Positions 14,771 through 29,519 of a stretch of 64,000 nucleotides of DNA are shown here, piece after piece (position 1 is the first letter of the stretch; each line of letters starts with the position of its first letter). Made by a program: the position numbers and the translations under genes. Origin of the DNA: Eledone cirrhosa (Eukaryota); the NCBI GenBank assembly GCA_964016885.1, contig CAXHJY010000401.1, positions 248,001-312,000 on the forward strand, written 5' to 3'. Under the pieces are notes generated by a model. The model saw nothing but the letters and a program-made list of their open reading frames with translations. It had not been told where the DNA came from and searched no databases.

Positions 14771-15061
14771 GCTGTGGGTGGGCCCCCATCGCGTATCAGG
14801 CCGATAAATAAAGTACCAATCCGACATTGGAAAACATGTCTTTAGATAAAAACAACAGGTCCATTCATGTTGACATCTTTTGCAAAACTGTTGGTGCTGG
14901 GGTTTTGTGTAGGATTTAGTTTTTAGAAAAATGGATGATGGCGCGCGTCTACTTGAAATAGAAAAATAAAACCGTTTTGTAAAAAGAGCTGTACTTGTGC
15001 ACGTGCGTAAGCATATGTGTGTGTTTATGTGTGCGTGTGTTTGTGTGTGTGTGTGTTTGTC

Positions 15062-15101
<40 letters not shown>

Positions 15102-15241
15102 ATAGGTCCGTACGAAGCTAAGAAGAAATGTGTGTGTATGTGTGAGTAAAAGAGTATGTGTTACAGATTCATTTGTTTCATTTATATATATATGTGTTTG
15201 TGTATAGATCACAAACTTATTTATATATATATATATAAGTG

Positions 15242-15275
<34 letters not shown>

Positions 15276-15577
15276 AGTGTATATATATATATATATATGT
15301 GTATATATATATATATATACTTATATATATATAAGTGTATATATATATATGTGTATATATATATATATATACTTATATATATATAAGTATATATATATAT
15401 ATATATATATATAAGTATATATATATAAATGAAAAATATAGAAATTATTGTAGCAAGAAGCCAACAGTATTCCATAATATATAAGTATATATCTATATAT
15501 ATATATATATATATATATATCTATATCTATATATATATATATATATATATCTATATCTATATATATATATATATATA

Positions 15578-15624
<47 letters not shown>

Positions 15625-15822
15625 GAAAAAAAGTGTGGACGTAAGAAAACTTTCTATACCGGTCACATTATATAAGAAAAGTGATATTTAAAAAGAGGGT
15701 TCGAAAAGCGCACCTGCTATATATATATAATATGTACAAAATATTGATGTTTACGAAGCTTGCTTTCTCCGTTCTGGATCTTCAAAACATTTCTTATGTG
15801 GAATATTTATTTAATTTTGTTT

Positions 15823-15883
<61 letters not shown>

Positions 15884-16979
15884 ACTTAATTACATAAGTA
15901 TTCCACATTAAAATATAAATTCAACACGAAAGAATATATATTGTAATCATGATATATTTCAGATAAAAATAGAATTCATGGTACTTTAGAAATATAAAAC
16001 ACACAGATATAGAATCAATGCTAACCCCCCCCCCCTCCTATCAATTAAACACTAAGTACGTTAATCAGTCACACACCACAAGGGGTTTCGGAACCTCCCT
16101 TTAATATTATATGCGGCAAGCCAACATGCTGGCACCATTACAGTGGAGTGGTGGCGAGATTAAGGTGTTCACTACAGTCTGGAGTCAATATATACTGAAA
16201 GCTAATTCTTTAGAATTTAGCTTCTACATAGCTGTATACAAATATCTGTATGACTTTCGTATATCTAAAGATATAGGGTATGTCTATAGATAAACATTTT
16301 GAAATCCACAGCTATGAATAGAACACTGGCGGTCAGCGCCGCCGAGCGGTGTCCAGCAGGAGCAAGGGTGATAACCGCCGGTGCATTTCGAATTTAATGG
16401 GTGTAATTTTTTATTTTTATTTTTAAAATATTTTTAAGCGCACTTCCGGTTTCAGAAACGTCTGTTTGTATTTCAATACGGATGTAAAATAAATTAAGAT
16501 GAAGATGTGTAACAGTTTTGTGCTTCACAATGAATGGTTTTGGTGAAGGTAGCGAGTTTGGCTGCTTATCCTTTATTAACCATCGTCTTGCAGTCTCTAT
16601 GCGAATACCTTAGTGATTGTGTTCACAATGGTGCTAAGTCGAAACCATTTAATGTGTACATTGAAAAGGATTGATATTAACAGCAGGGCTGGAAGTGGTA
16701 TCAAGTGGTATCCAGTGTAGGATCTGTCGGATGGAATTTGCAGACGGAATGTTACTACTTCGTCAGAAGGGGATCTCCGACATGCACTTGATAGGATCGT
16801 TGCCGAGCGCTACTCCCATGAATGAAAATCAGTGCCGCGTAGTCTGAGACTCTCGTCCTCTCAAGAAAGCCTGAAGAGTGCTCAGTACATGTCCTGGGGC
16901 GTGTATTAGACCTTGTCGCTTAGGCCACATAACCAAGCACTGACCCTTTATAACGCGGTGGAGAGGAATATGTTATACG

Positions 16980-17215
16980 GGACTTGACCGTCCGTTTCCT
17001 TTTCGTGTCAGCCGTTGTACGAGACGTCCGCTATCTTCCTCGGCCTCGGTCTCGGTCTCGTTCTCCGAATTGCCGTTTGTCCTCCACAACATTGGGAATA
17101 ATGGAGTCACGTTTGGGAAAGGAGTCTCGTGGTGTGGAGAGAGTGGCGCAGTGGGTGTCGCTGGTAGTTCTCCGTGGCAATGTCCTCACCATTTTGACGG
17201 TGTGTCGTAGCTGAG
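16980..17215 (+). mobile_element. Older, decayed CRE-like 3' fragment
   Basis: ...RVAQWVSLVVLRGNVLTIL resembles LRLSLAVLRGNAFSIL of the 14.7-kb copy. The remnant may extend upstream to ~16550. Confidence 0.5.
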
Positions 17216-17371
17216 ATATATCACCTTGACAAGAGTAAAGGGTTGCCGTTCCCCACCGCCTTTTATTTACTTTTCGTTATTGAAGTAGTTTTTCGCCAGC
17301 AGACTGGAGAAAAGGTTTGACTGGAAGATGGCGGATAGAGTTGGAATAGCCATGGCGGGGGATTATACACG

Positions 17372-18222
17372 ACTGTGTAACATAGGTTACACTGTACTGT
17401 GTAGCATAGGTTACACTGTACTGTGTAGCATAGGTTACACTGTACTGTGTAGCATAGGTTACACTGTACTGTGTAGCATAGGTTACACTGTTCTGTGTAA
17501 CATAGGTTACACTGTACTGTGTAACATAGGTTACACTGTACTGTGTAACATAGGTTACACTGTACTGTGTTACATAGGTTACACTGTACTGTGTTACATA
17601 GGTTACACTGTACTGTGTTACATAGATTACACTGTACTGTGTAACATAGGTTACACTGTACTGTGTAACATAGGTTACACTGTACTGTGTTACATAGGTT
17701 ACATTGTACTGTGTAACATAGGTTACACTGTACTGTGTAACATAGGTTACACTGTACTGTGTTACATAGGTTACACTGTACTGTGTTACATAGGTTACAC
17801 TGTACTGTGTTACATAGGTTACACTGTACTGTGTTACATAGATTACACTGTGTAACATAGATTACACTGTACTGTGTTACATAGGTTACACTGTACTGTG
17901 TAACATAGGTTACACTGTACTGTGTTACATAGGTTACACTGTACTGTGTTACATAGGTTACACTGTACTGTGTTACATAGATTACACTGTACTGTGTTAC
18001 ATAGATTACACTGTACTGTGTAACATAGATTACACTGTACTGTGTTACATAGATTACACTGTGTAACATAGATTACACTGTACTGTGTAACATAGATTAC
18101 AGTGTACTGTGTAACATAGATTACAGTGTACTGTGTAACATAGATTACACTGTACTGTGTAACATAGATTACACTGTACTGTGTTACATAGATTACACTG
18201 TACTGTGTAACATAAACTACAC
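17372..18222. repeat. 24-bp minisatellite, ~35 copies
   Basis: Unit ctgtgt(a/t)acatag(g/a)ttacactgta. Confidence 0.97.
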
Positions 18223-18861
18223 ATTATTGTGTAAAACATGAATTAAACAGTATGGGTGTGTGTATATGTATATATATGTGTGTGTGTATATATATATATA
18301 TATATGTGTGTGTATGTATATGTATATGTGTGTGTATATATGTGTTTGTATGTGTGTGTGTGAATGTATATATATGTGTGTGTGTATATATATATACATA
18401 TATGCGTGTGTGTATATACATATATGTGTGTGTGTGTATGTATATATATATATATATGTGTGTGTGTGACGTAGTGTTCGGTAATTCCGCCATCTTTGCT
18501 GCCAGATTTGAGCAGACGATGTCAGATCTTGACCTACTTTCCATGTTCTTTATGTGGCTCCTTTGCTGTGTGTGTATGTAGGTCAGTGTGTGTGTGTCAG
18601 TGTGTGTATGTGTGTCTATGTCAGTGTGTGTGTGTTAGTCTGTGTCTGTCAGTGTGTGCCTGTGTGTGTGTGTGTATGTGTCAGTGTGCCTCTGCGTCTG
18701 TGTGTGTGTGTGTTCGTGTATGTGTGTATGTGTTAGTGTGTATGTGTATGTGTCAGTGTATATGTCTGTGTGTGTATGTGTTTGTGTGTTTGTCTCCACT
18801 GTCTTGTCATTAAAAGCCACTTCCAATATATATATACCTCCAGCAATGTGGCCACCACTCC

Positions 18862-18919
<58 letters not shown>

Positions 18920-18944
18920 TGTATGTGTGTATATAATATATACA

Positions 18945-19438
18945 TCTATATATATAAAGTTGTATTCCTGTCTGTTTGTTCACGAACTCCTCCTATGGTT
19001 TTGGAGATAGACCCCCCCCCCCCCACCCCCATAACCATATATATTCTGAAACTACATTGCCCAGGGTACTTGAATAAGTATATTTCATTTTAATCAAAGG
19101 GTTCCCCGGGGGCACAAAACCCCGCTGAAAATGTTTTACCTTCGATTTATATGAAATTTAAACCAAAGGTAAATGACAAGATATGAGGCCTATTCACAAA
19201 ACTTTTGAATTGATATTTTGCAAAAAATTATTTACAAGAAACAAAATAAGAATAAGATTTAATGTAATTTTGATTTTATATACTACTAAAAATAATGTTT
19301 TCCAATTTTTCATGCATTACATTTTATATTGAAATGCAGAGTTTTTCTCCATAAATTATATCATTGATTTAAAATCAATCATCATTTTCTTACAAAAAAA
19401 AAGTGTGAAACGCAGCAAGGCGCGGGTAATTCGGCTAG
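18945..19438 (+). mobile_element. Non-autonomous Helitron-like element
   Basis: A|TCTATATATATAAAG 5' end with ctgtctgtttgttc. The 3' end is a degenerate GC hairpin (cgcagcaaggcgcgggt) followed by CTAG|T. Confidence 0.6.
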
Positions 19439-19478
19439 TATATATATGTATATATATATGTATATATATATATATATA

Positions 19479-19517
<39 letters not shown>

Positions 19518-20480
19518 ATATATATATATGTATATGTATATATGTGTGTGTATATCTATATATGTATATATACAAATATATATATATATACACATACATA
19601 TACAGATATGTATATATATACACATAAACACGCACACACACACACACACATATATATATATACATATATATATATAAACACACATACACACACGCATACA
19701 CACCCACGCCCCACACACAAACATACATCCACACAGAGAGCAGAGAGTGAATGTGAAGAAGCCCATCAGTTATACTATGTACAGGTGTATGTCATATATC
19801 CGCCATCTTGAACACCATTTCGTCTCTCCAGGGATAACTCACAAGTTTACAATCTCAGCTTGTATATTTTGGAAAGGAAGATACTATGTTTATATACAGA
19901 TTTCACTTGAATGAGGGTGGAGAGGGAAGTGCTGCCTTCCAGCCAGTTTGTTGAGAGGAGGGTGAGAGAGGCCAGCGTGGTCCGTGGGTCTGCCTTGAAC
20001 ATATGCTGTAGATTGGAGTAGAAAGACAAGAGGGCACTTTGCCCTAGCGGACAGGGTGACTGTGGCTTTTGTGGGGTTTCTACACGAGTGACCCTCAGAG
20101 TTTCCTCACCTTTGGGCAATTTGTTATGTTTGTTTTAAATCTTATTTTCTTACTCTCTTTTATAATTTTTATTTTACACTAAAGAAACCCGTCCTGTACC
20201 GTCTGAACCCTTTAGCATTTAAACTAACTATATCCGGCCGGAATTATCTCGCCTCTTTCTGTTCAAACCAGCTGTAACTGGCTTCTCATACTTATATTAA
20301 GGTATTGTTCTCAAATAAATAATATCAAAATCTCATAGATTTGATATTATGTGAGATAATTATGTGAGGTAAAGTGTTTACTGTGAAAATATGATAGTAA
20401 ATATAGAGTAATGTAAATATTAAAGGGTTAATGTTTCCTTAATGTGAGCCCTGTATGACTAATACAGAAATTCTTATTAT

Positions 20481-20620
20481 CCAGTATCAGTGGAGCGTCA
20501 GACACCAGGCTTCGCAGCATAGAGTTACGTCCCTTTACGTTCTGAGTCAAACTCCGCCGAGGTTAGCTTTACCTGTCATCCTTACGGGGTCGATAAAATA
20601 AAGTACCAGTAATACACTTT
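20481..20620 (+). mobile_element. Diverged SINE S1
   Basis: gcagcatagagttacgtccctttacgttctgag...tcatccttacggggtcgataaaataaagtaccagt. Confidence 0.75.
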
Positions 20621-20760
20621 ATTTTTAATTATATTTATATTAATTATATTTATATTTATTATTGTTGTTGTTGTTATTGCTGTACTGCTCCTCATTATAT
20701 GCCTTTATGGATAGTACTAGGTAGAAGTTGTATATATGTATATGTTTGTATTTATTTATT

Positions 20761-20792
<32 letters not shown>

Positions 20793-20806
20793 GGTGTGTC
20801 TATATA

Positions 20807-20870
<64 letters not shown>

Positions 20871-21010
20871 TATGTATATATATATATACATATATATGTA
20901 TATATATATATATGTATATATATATATACATATATATGTATATATATATATACATATATATGTATATATATATATACATATATATGTATATATATATATA
21001 CATATATATG

Positions 21011-21058
<48 letters not shown>

Positions 21059-21171
21059 TATGTATATATATATACATATATATATGTATATATATATATA
21101 TACATATATATATATGTATATATATATATACATATATATATATGTATATATATACATATATATATATATAC

Positions 21172-21227
<56 letters not shown>

Positions 21228-21355
21228 GTATATATATATGTATATATATATATACATATATATATGTATATATATATATGTATATATATATATACATATA
21301 TATATGTATATATATGTATATATTTATACATATATATATACACATATATATATAC

Positions 21356-21395
<40 letters not shown>

Positions 21396-21460
21396 ATATA
21401 TACATATATATATATATATACACATATATATATACATACATATATATATATATACACATA

Positions 21461-21530
<70 letters not shown>

Positions 21531-21549
21531 CATATATGTATATACACAC

Positions 21550-21581
<32 letters not shown>

Positions 21582-21756
21582 ATGTATATATATATATACA
21601 CACATATATATATATGTATATATATATATAGATGCATTTAATACATTATACACACGCATAAGTGCGAGCTCACAAACATACACACACATACACACACAAT
21701 ATATATATATGTGTGTGTGTTTGTGTGCGTATGTGTATATATAAATACATAAATGC

Positions 21757-21826
<70 letters not shown>

Positions 21827-22153
21827 TATATACATGAGGGTAGGAAGAATGGACGTTTGTATGTGTAAGAGAAATCAGAGAAAATGTGAAAAAATCGCCT
21901 TCTGGGGCTGGTTAAAAAAACTTATCTTTTTTTTTCCAAATAATCATAAACTCAGTCTGGAAGCTAAGATTTAGCTTAAGAGTGAACAAGATGAGTAGGA
22001 TGCGAATGAGAAGGAAAATGGCCGCTGGAGAAAAGGCTTCTGTACGTACTCTTCTATGTTTGGTTGCGAGTGGAACACGCTAATGTTTATCTATCTCAGT
22101 GTCTTTATATTAAGATAAGAAAAAAATAGATGAATGTATACATATAGCCATAC

Positions 22154-22199
<46 letters not shown>

Positions 22200-22226
22200 G
22201 CACACACATGTATATATGTATGTATG

Positions 22227-22269
<43 letters not shown>

Positions 22270-22341
22270 AATATGGGGAGAAGAATACTGCATGGTTGCA
22301 CATGGATAACATATATATGTCTATGTATTTACATCTATCTA

Positions 22342-22379
<38 letters not shown>

Positions 22380-22578
22380 TGTTTTGCAAGGTTTTTTTTT
22401 TATATGAAATCGTGTGTTGAAACAAATATTGTTATATTTAGGGAGAGTCATATTGTTATAATATTGGCAGAAATTATAACAGAACACACTGGCTGTTTGG
22501 TTTGGGTTGGTTTTCGCTTCTGTATCTTTTATATCTGCATAGTTAATTGATGTGTGACGAAAGATCTTTGATAGACTA

Positions 22579-22610
<32 letters not shown>

Positions 22611-22616
22611 CATACT

Positions 22617-22702
<86 letters not shown>

Positions 22703-22747
22703 CACATATATATATATTGGCTGATAATGCTTCTTGTTGTTTTAATT

Positions 22748-22783
22748 GCCCTGATGAGTCCTATAGGACTAAACATTGTTGGC
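22748..22783 (+). ncRNA. Minimal hammerhead ribozyme with G12 changed to U (probably inactive), family F4
   Basis: GCC-CUGAUGA-GUCC uaua GGAC-UAA-ACAUUGU-U-GGC followed by AATAAA. The ~115-bp island sits between two (TA)n tracts. Confidence 0.72.
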
Positions 22784-22828
22784 TAATAAAGACTTTTGAT
22801 GTATTGAAGGCTTCTTTGTTTTACTTTC

Positions 22829-22902
<74 letters not shown>

Positions 22903-22906
22903 TATA

Positions 22907-23048
<142 letters not shown>

Positions 23049-23177
23049 CATATATTACATATAAGTATATAAACCCAGACACAGGTGCACACACAAACAC
23101 ACACACACACACATATATATATATGCATATATACATATAGACAATATGCCCCCACACCCTCCCACTTCAAAGTGGAC

Positions 23178-23724
23178 GTGGAGGTGCCACGGCAAAAAAA
23201 GCACCCAGCCCACACTGTAAAGTGATCATGTAGGCGCCACGGTAGAAAAGCACCCAGCACTCACTGTAAAGTGGTAGTGTAGGTGCCACGGCAAAAAAGC
23301 ACCCAGCACTCACTCAAAGGGGGTTGTGGAGGTGCTACGGCAAAAAAGCACCCAGCACTCACTGTAAAGGGGTTGTGGAGGTGCTACGGCAAAAAAGCAC
23401 CCAGCACTCACTGTAAAGGGGTTGTGGAGGTGCTACGGCAAAAAAAGCACCCAGCACTCACTGTAAAGGGGTTGTGGAGGTGCTACGGCAAAAAAGCACC
23501 CAGCACTCACTGTAAAGGGGTTGTGGAGGTGCTACGGCAAAAAAGCACCCAGCACTCACTGTAAATGAGGTTGGTGTTAGGAAGGGCATCCAGCTGTAGA
23601 AATCAAGCCAGAATCAGTTCCCGTATGAGCAAGACAGGGCCAGCCGACCAGACACTGCCCACAACAGGACAACCTGTCTAACCCATGCTAGCGTGGAAGA
23701 ACGGACGTAAAACGGTGATGATGA

Positions 23725-23729
<5 letters not shown>
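23178..23729 (+). mobile_element. SINE/RTE-related element 3' part with an internal 49-bp unit amplified about 8 times
   Basis: Unit gtggaggtgctacggcaaaaaagcacccagcactcactgtaaaggggtt (23178-23565) runs into ggttggtgttaggaagggcatccagctgtagaaa and the tail cccatgctagcgtggaagaacggacgtaaaacgg(tga)n. Confidence 0.7.
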
Positions 23730-23780
<51 letters not shown>

Positions 23781-24044
23781 TTGTGTGTGCACCTGTGACT
23801 GGGTTTATATACTTATATGTAATATATGTTTATATAAATATATATATAGACATGTGTGTGAGTGTATGTATGTGTGTGTGTTTATGTGTGTTTATGTGTG
23901 TGGAAAAAGCAACATGATAGTCTGAACAATTTCTTGGTAGCCGAGAAATTACTAATATTTCGCCTGTGGGGCAATATCCCTTACGCTTGTCTTACAACGT
24001 AAATCTTTACTCCAACAACATTAACACGAAGAATGAGAATAATT

Positions 24045-24618
24045 TCTAGTTGAAGCACAAGGTCAGCTATATTGGGCAGGAGAGAATCTATTAAATCGGA
24101 TCCCAGTACATGACTGGTACTTTATTTTATCGATCTCGGATGGACAAAAGGCAAAGTTAACATTCGGCGCGATTGTAACTCGTAACACAATTATATGCCG
24201 CAATCTGTGTTATCCGGCGCTCTACCGACTCTGCCAACCCATAATAATAATAATAATTGTTTCTACTTTTGGCACAAGGCCAGCAATTATTCCAGTGCAT
24301 TACTGGTACTTTATTTTATCGACCCCGTAAGGATGAAAGGCAAAGTCAACCTCGGCGGGATTTGAACTCATTGTTTCTACTTTTGGCACAAGGCCAGCAA
24401 TTATCCCAGTACATTACTGGTACTTTATTTTATCGACCCCGTAAGGATGACAGGCAAATTCAACCTCGGCGGGATTTAAACTCAGTCTATAAAGGGCCGT
24501 AACTCTATGCTGCAAAGCATGGCGTCCGACCCTCTACCGATACTGCCAATCCACCGCTTTGATTTAGGCACAAGGCCAACAATTATATCGTCCCCCAGTG
24601 TGTTACTGGTATTTTATT
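24045..24618 (-). mobile_element. Cluster of SINE S1 copies (one old, one partial, one near-full, one tail fragment)
   Basis: Repeated actggtactttattttatcga..ccgtaaggatga.aggcaaa segments. Confidence 0.85.
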
Positions 24619-24864
24619 TATATGTGTGTGTGTATCTGTGTATATATACATATGTATATATATTATATGTACGCATACTCGTATATATATACATGTATAT
24701 GTATGTATTTATGTATTCACACAAACACACACATATATATATATATATGTATACACATATATATACATATATATGTATATATATATATATACACATATAT
24801 ATATACACATATATATGTATACATATATATATACATATATACGTATATACATATATACGTATGT

Positions 24865-24902
<38 letters not shown>

Positions 24903-24950
24903 GTATATATATATATATACATACATGTATATATATATATATATATACAC

Positions 24951-24991
<41 letters not shown>

Positions 24992-24993
24992 TG

Positions 24994-25107
<114 letters not shown>

Positions 25108-25614
25108 TGCATATGTATGTATGTGTATTTATAAGTATATGTGTGCGTGCGTTTGTGTGTACGTGCCTGCAGGGGGAAGCCGGGTGTAGGCAACTGGCTG
25201 GCTTTACTCAGGAGATAAAACACTGGATTATACAAGGAGGAGGAGGAAGAAGAAGACGACGACCAGACCTCCACCACCATACCCCCACCACATCCACCCC
25301 ACCATCTTCACCACCACACCACCACCACCAGACTGCGCGTGTGTTTATGTGTTGTGTGTGGGGCGAAATGGCATAGTCGTTAACCAGAGAATCAGATGGG
25401 GTACCTTGCGGCATTTGTTACAGCCCTCTCGCACTATTTTGCATTTCATCTTCTGTAGATATTGGAGGAAAGGAAAAGGAAAGAGGCCGATCGTTCAATC
25501 CTAAACCTAACCCTAAACCACGTGCTCTAACCATAGACCTTCACTCCTAAATCTAACCTTAAACCCTCATCCTGAAACTATCCGACGTTCTCCACTAGCA
25601 GAAAAAAGATAAGT

Positions 25615-26055
25615 CCAAGGAAACAATGTTTCCATTGGTCTTTCCATTACTGATACTATCTGTCAGTCACAACTCCTGGCAGAAGAAAGGAGCTGATCAT
25701 CAGATCAGACCAAGGAAACAATGTCTCCATTGGTCTTTCCATTATTGATACTATCTGTCAGTCACAACTCCTGGCAGAAGAAAGGAACTGATCATCAGAT
25801 CAGACCAAGGAAACAATGTCTCCATTGGTCTTTCCATTACTGATACTATCTGTCAGTCACAACTCCTGGCAGAAGAAAGGAACTGATCATCCGATCAAAC
25901 CAAGGAAACAATGTCTCCATTGGTCTTTCCATTACTGATACTATCTGTCAGTCACAACTCCTGGCAGAAGAAAGGAGCTGATCATCAGATCAGACCAAGG
26001 AAACAATGTTTCCATTGCTTATACTACCTACCAGTCGCTACTCCTGGCAGGAGAA
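25615..26055. repeat. 95-bp tandem repeat, 4 full copies plus a degenerate partial
   Basis: ccaaggaaacaatg starts at 25615, 25710, 25805, 25900 and 25995. A related single motif occurs at ~27577. Confidence 0.95.
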
Positions 26056-26060
26056 GCAAC

Positions 26061-26163
26061 ATGAAATAAAGTGACTTGCTTAAGGACATAACCCATCACC
26101 AGGTCCGGGATTTTAACTCACAACCTCACAATTGCGAATCCAATTCTCTAAGCACTCGGCCAC
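26061..26163 (-). mobile_element. Second tRNA-derived SINE type (CORE/V-domain-like), 5' part
   Basis: tgaaataaagtgacttgcttaaggaca...ccgggattttaactcacaacc...ctctaagcactcggccac. Related copy at 42470-42606. Confidence 0.65.
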
Positions 26164-26578
26164 AAGTCTGATACCATAGAATAATATCACGTCTGTCTGA
26201 TATTGCTAAACCATCGTTTCTAAAGCTGGAGCTACGTTCGTTTGGCATGAAAGTATATCCGGTCGATGTGGCAAGAGGCGACAACTGTGGTTGTGACAGC
26301 AGCTTCCATTTTGTTTCGCATCACATCGTAACATCGTAAAGTGGCGTGTGTTCACGTGACGTATGACATGTGACATGTTCAGTACGAATTTGGCAAAATT
26401 TGGTGATAAAAGGTTAGCGAAAGGATCCGATGACAATAGCTAGCCATTGGTGATGATGATGATGATGATGATAATAATAATAACCAAGAGAGAGAGAGAT
26501 CGTAACAGGGTGAAATTCTGCCATGACCTCGTTCCGAGCAGACTATGTGTGTGTATGTATGTATGCACACACTCACAC

Positions 26579-26652
<74 letters not shown>

Positions 26653-26669
26653 ATGCACACACTCACACG

Positions 26670-26713
<44 letters not shown>

Positions 26714-26807
26714 ATTATAATGGGTCTGTATTTTTGATAATACAAATTTAATATCATTGAGTAAGGAAACGGCCGGAACTGTACTGATTCTTTTCGACTA
26801 ACTTCGT

Positions 26808-26892
<85 letters not shown>

Positions 26893-26968
26893 GACATACA
26901 TGTGTATATATTGGGTCGGCAAGTATGAAATTTGTAGAAAAGAAACAAATTTCATACTTGACGATCCA

Positions 26969-27006
<38 letters not shown>

Positions 27007-27089
27007 CGAAGGAAATGTGGTAAGGAACCAGGTGGACCATAACGCACCAAAGTACTCAATACTTAGGGTAGTAGAGTGGGTAATAGGTT

Positions 27090-27123
<34 letters not shown>

Positions 27124-27247
27124 GGAGGTGAGTTTTATTGTAGAACAATAAAACTATGCATATATCGGATAAGTAGCACTCAACAGTTTATTGAACTGGA
27201 GTATATATATAAGAAGAAATTAAGAGATGGTTAAAAAAGTTCCATAT

Positions 27248-27316
27248 ATTTTATTATGCGCATTTCAAAGACAAATATCATCCTGGGACGATAGTTGCGT
27301 TCTCATCAGATAAAAT
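27248..27316 (-). ncRNA. Type-I hammerhead ribozyme, family F2
   Basis: Reverse strand reads AUUUUAU-CUGAUGA-gaacgcaac UAUCGUCC ca GGAUGAUA uuugucuuu-GAA-AUGCGCAU-A-AUAAAAU. Helix III is a perfect palindrome. Confidence 0.82.
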
Positions 27317-27404
27317 AAGGTAACATGATATGATGCCTAAAAAACACTTGTCAACAAGAAAGTGTCTAGTCAACATTTATATTTTTATCATATGTTGACG
27401 AGAC

Positions 27405-27510
27405 ACGGGGTCGATAAAATAAAGTACCAGTAATGGACTGGGGTCGATATAAACGACTTTCCCCTCCCCCCAAATTGTTTGCGTTGTGTCTAAATCAGTA
27501 ACCGTTATTT
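27405..27510 (+). mobile_element. SINE S1 3' fragment
   Basis: cggggtcgataaaataaagtaccagtaatggactggggtcgat...cccctcccccaaatt. Confidence 0.75.
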
Positions 27511-27724
27511 CGCTATCGATCTACAAGATCCCAGACCTCACTGGTTTGCTGAGTAGACGGACCTCGTCAGCTTGAACCAAGGAAACAATGATTCCATTGG
27601 TTTTTTCGCTGCTGAAACTTCTAGGGCCTCAACTTTATACAGAGATGAATTTATATATGAATGGTTTAAAAAGTTAAATATTGTGTTCTTATTTGTGACA
27701 ATTTGTCACGTTAATAGTCCACCT

Positions 27725-29519
27725 GTCGTGGTCATCTTACCATAGGTCACCCTCAGGCCCTTCTCCACAGCCTTGGTGACCACTCTGTCACTCTAACAGT
27801 CCCCCTGTTGTCTCTGAGATGGCAGTCGTGGTCATCTTACCATAGGTCACCCTCAGGCCCTTCTCCACAGCCTTGGTGACCACTCTGTCACTCTAACAGT
27901 CCACCTTTTGTCTCTGGGATGGCAGTCGTGGTCATCTTACTTTTGGTCACCCTCAGGTCCTTCCCCGCAGTCTTGGTGACCACTCTGTCACTCTAACAGT
28001 CCACCTTTTGTCTCTGGGATGGCAGTCGTGGTCATCTTACCATTGGTCACCCTCAGGTCCTTCCCCGCAGTCTTGGTGACCACTCTGTCACTCTAACAGT
28101 CCACCTTTTGTCTCTGAGATGGCAGTCGTGGTCATCTTACCATTGGTCACCCTCAGGCCCTTCTCCACAGCCTTGGTGACCACTCTGTCACTCTAACAGT
28201 CCACCTTTTGTCTCTGGGATGGCAGTCGTGGTCATCTTACCATAGGTCACCCTCAGGCCCTTCTCCACAGCCTTGGTGACCACTCTATCACTCTAACAGT
28301 CCACCTGTTGTCTCTGAGATGACAGTCGTGGTCATCTTACCATAGGTCACCCTCAGGTCCTTCTCCACAGCCTTGGTGACCACTCTGTCACTCTAACAGT
28401 CCACCTTTTGTCTCTGAGATGGCAGTCGTGGTCATCTTACCATAGGTCACCCTCAGGCCCTTCTCCACAGCCTTGGTGACCACTCTGTCACTCTAACAGT
28501 CCACCTTTTGTCTCTGAGATGGCAGTCGTGGTCATCTTACCATAGGTCACCCCCAGGTCCTTCTCCACAGCCTTGGTGACCACTCTATCACTCTAACAGT
28601 CCACCTGTTGTCTCTGAGATGACAGTCGTGGTCATCTTACCATAGGTCACCCTCAGGTCCTTCTCCACAGCCTTGGTGACCACTCTGTCACTCTAACAGT
28701 CCACCTGTTGTCTCTGAGATGGCAGTCGTGGTCATCTTACCATAGGTCACCCCCAGGCCCTTCTCCACAGCCTTGGTGACCACTCTGTCACTCTAACAGT
28801 CCCCCTGTTGTCTCTGAGATGGCAGTCGTGGTCATCTTACCATAGGTCACCCTCAGGTCCTTCTCCACAGCCTTGGTGACCACTCTGTCACTCTAACAGT
28901 CCACCTTTTGTCTCTGAGATGGCAGTCGTGGTCATCTTACCATAGGTCACCCCCAGGCCCTTCTCCACAGCCTTGGTGACCACTCTGTCACTCTAACAGT
29001 CCACCTTTTGTCTCTGAAATGACAGTCGTGGTCATCTTACCATAGGTCACCCTCAGGCCTTTCTCCACAGCCTTGGTGACCACTCTGTCACTCTAACAGT
29101 CCACCTGTTGTCTCTGAGATGACAGTCGTGGTCATCTTACCATAGGTCACCCTCAGGCCTTTCTCCACAGCCTTGGTGACCACTCTGTCACTCTAACAGT
29201 CCACCTTTTGTCTCTGAGATGGCAGTCGTGGTCATCTTACCATAGGTCACCCTCAGGCCTTTCTCCACAGCCTTGGTGACCACTCTGTCACTCTAACAGT
29301 CCACCTTTTGTCTCTGAGATGGCAGTCGTGGTCATCTTACCATAGGTCACCCTCAGGCCCTTCTCCACAGCCTTGGTGACCACTCTGTCACTCTAACAGT
29401 CCACCTTTTGTCTCTGAAATGACAGTCGTGGTCATCTTACCATAGGTCACCCTCAGGCCCTTCTCCACAGCCTTGGTGACCACTCTGTCACTCTAACAGT
29501 CCACCTGTTGTCTCTGAGA
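27725..29519. repeat. 100-bp tandem repeat, ~18 copies (LINE-derived)
   Basis: Unit gtcgtggtcatcttaccataggtcaccctcaggcccttctccacagccttggtgaccactctgtcactctaacagtccaccttttgtctctgagatggca. Confidence 0.97.

Noticed and set aside
17263-18069. Cys-rich repeat ORF (VQCNLCYT)n resembling a metal-binding protein
   Set aside because: Product of the 24-bp minisatellite, open in several frames on both strands, with no splice or start context.
25497-25570. Telomere-like CCTAA/CCCTAA repeats
   Set aside because: Short, degenerate and interstitial; more likely part of a decayed repeat than a telomere.
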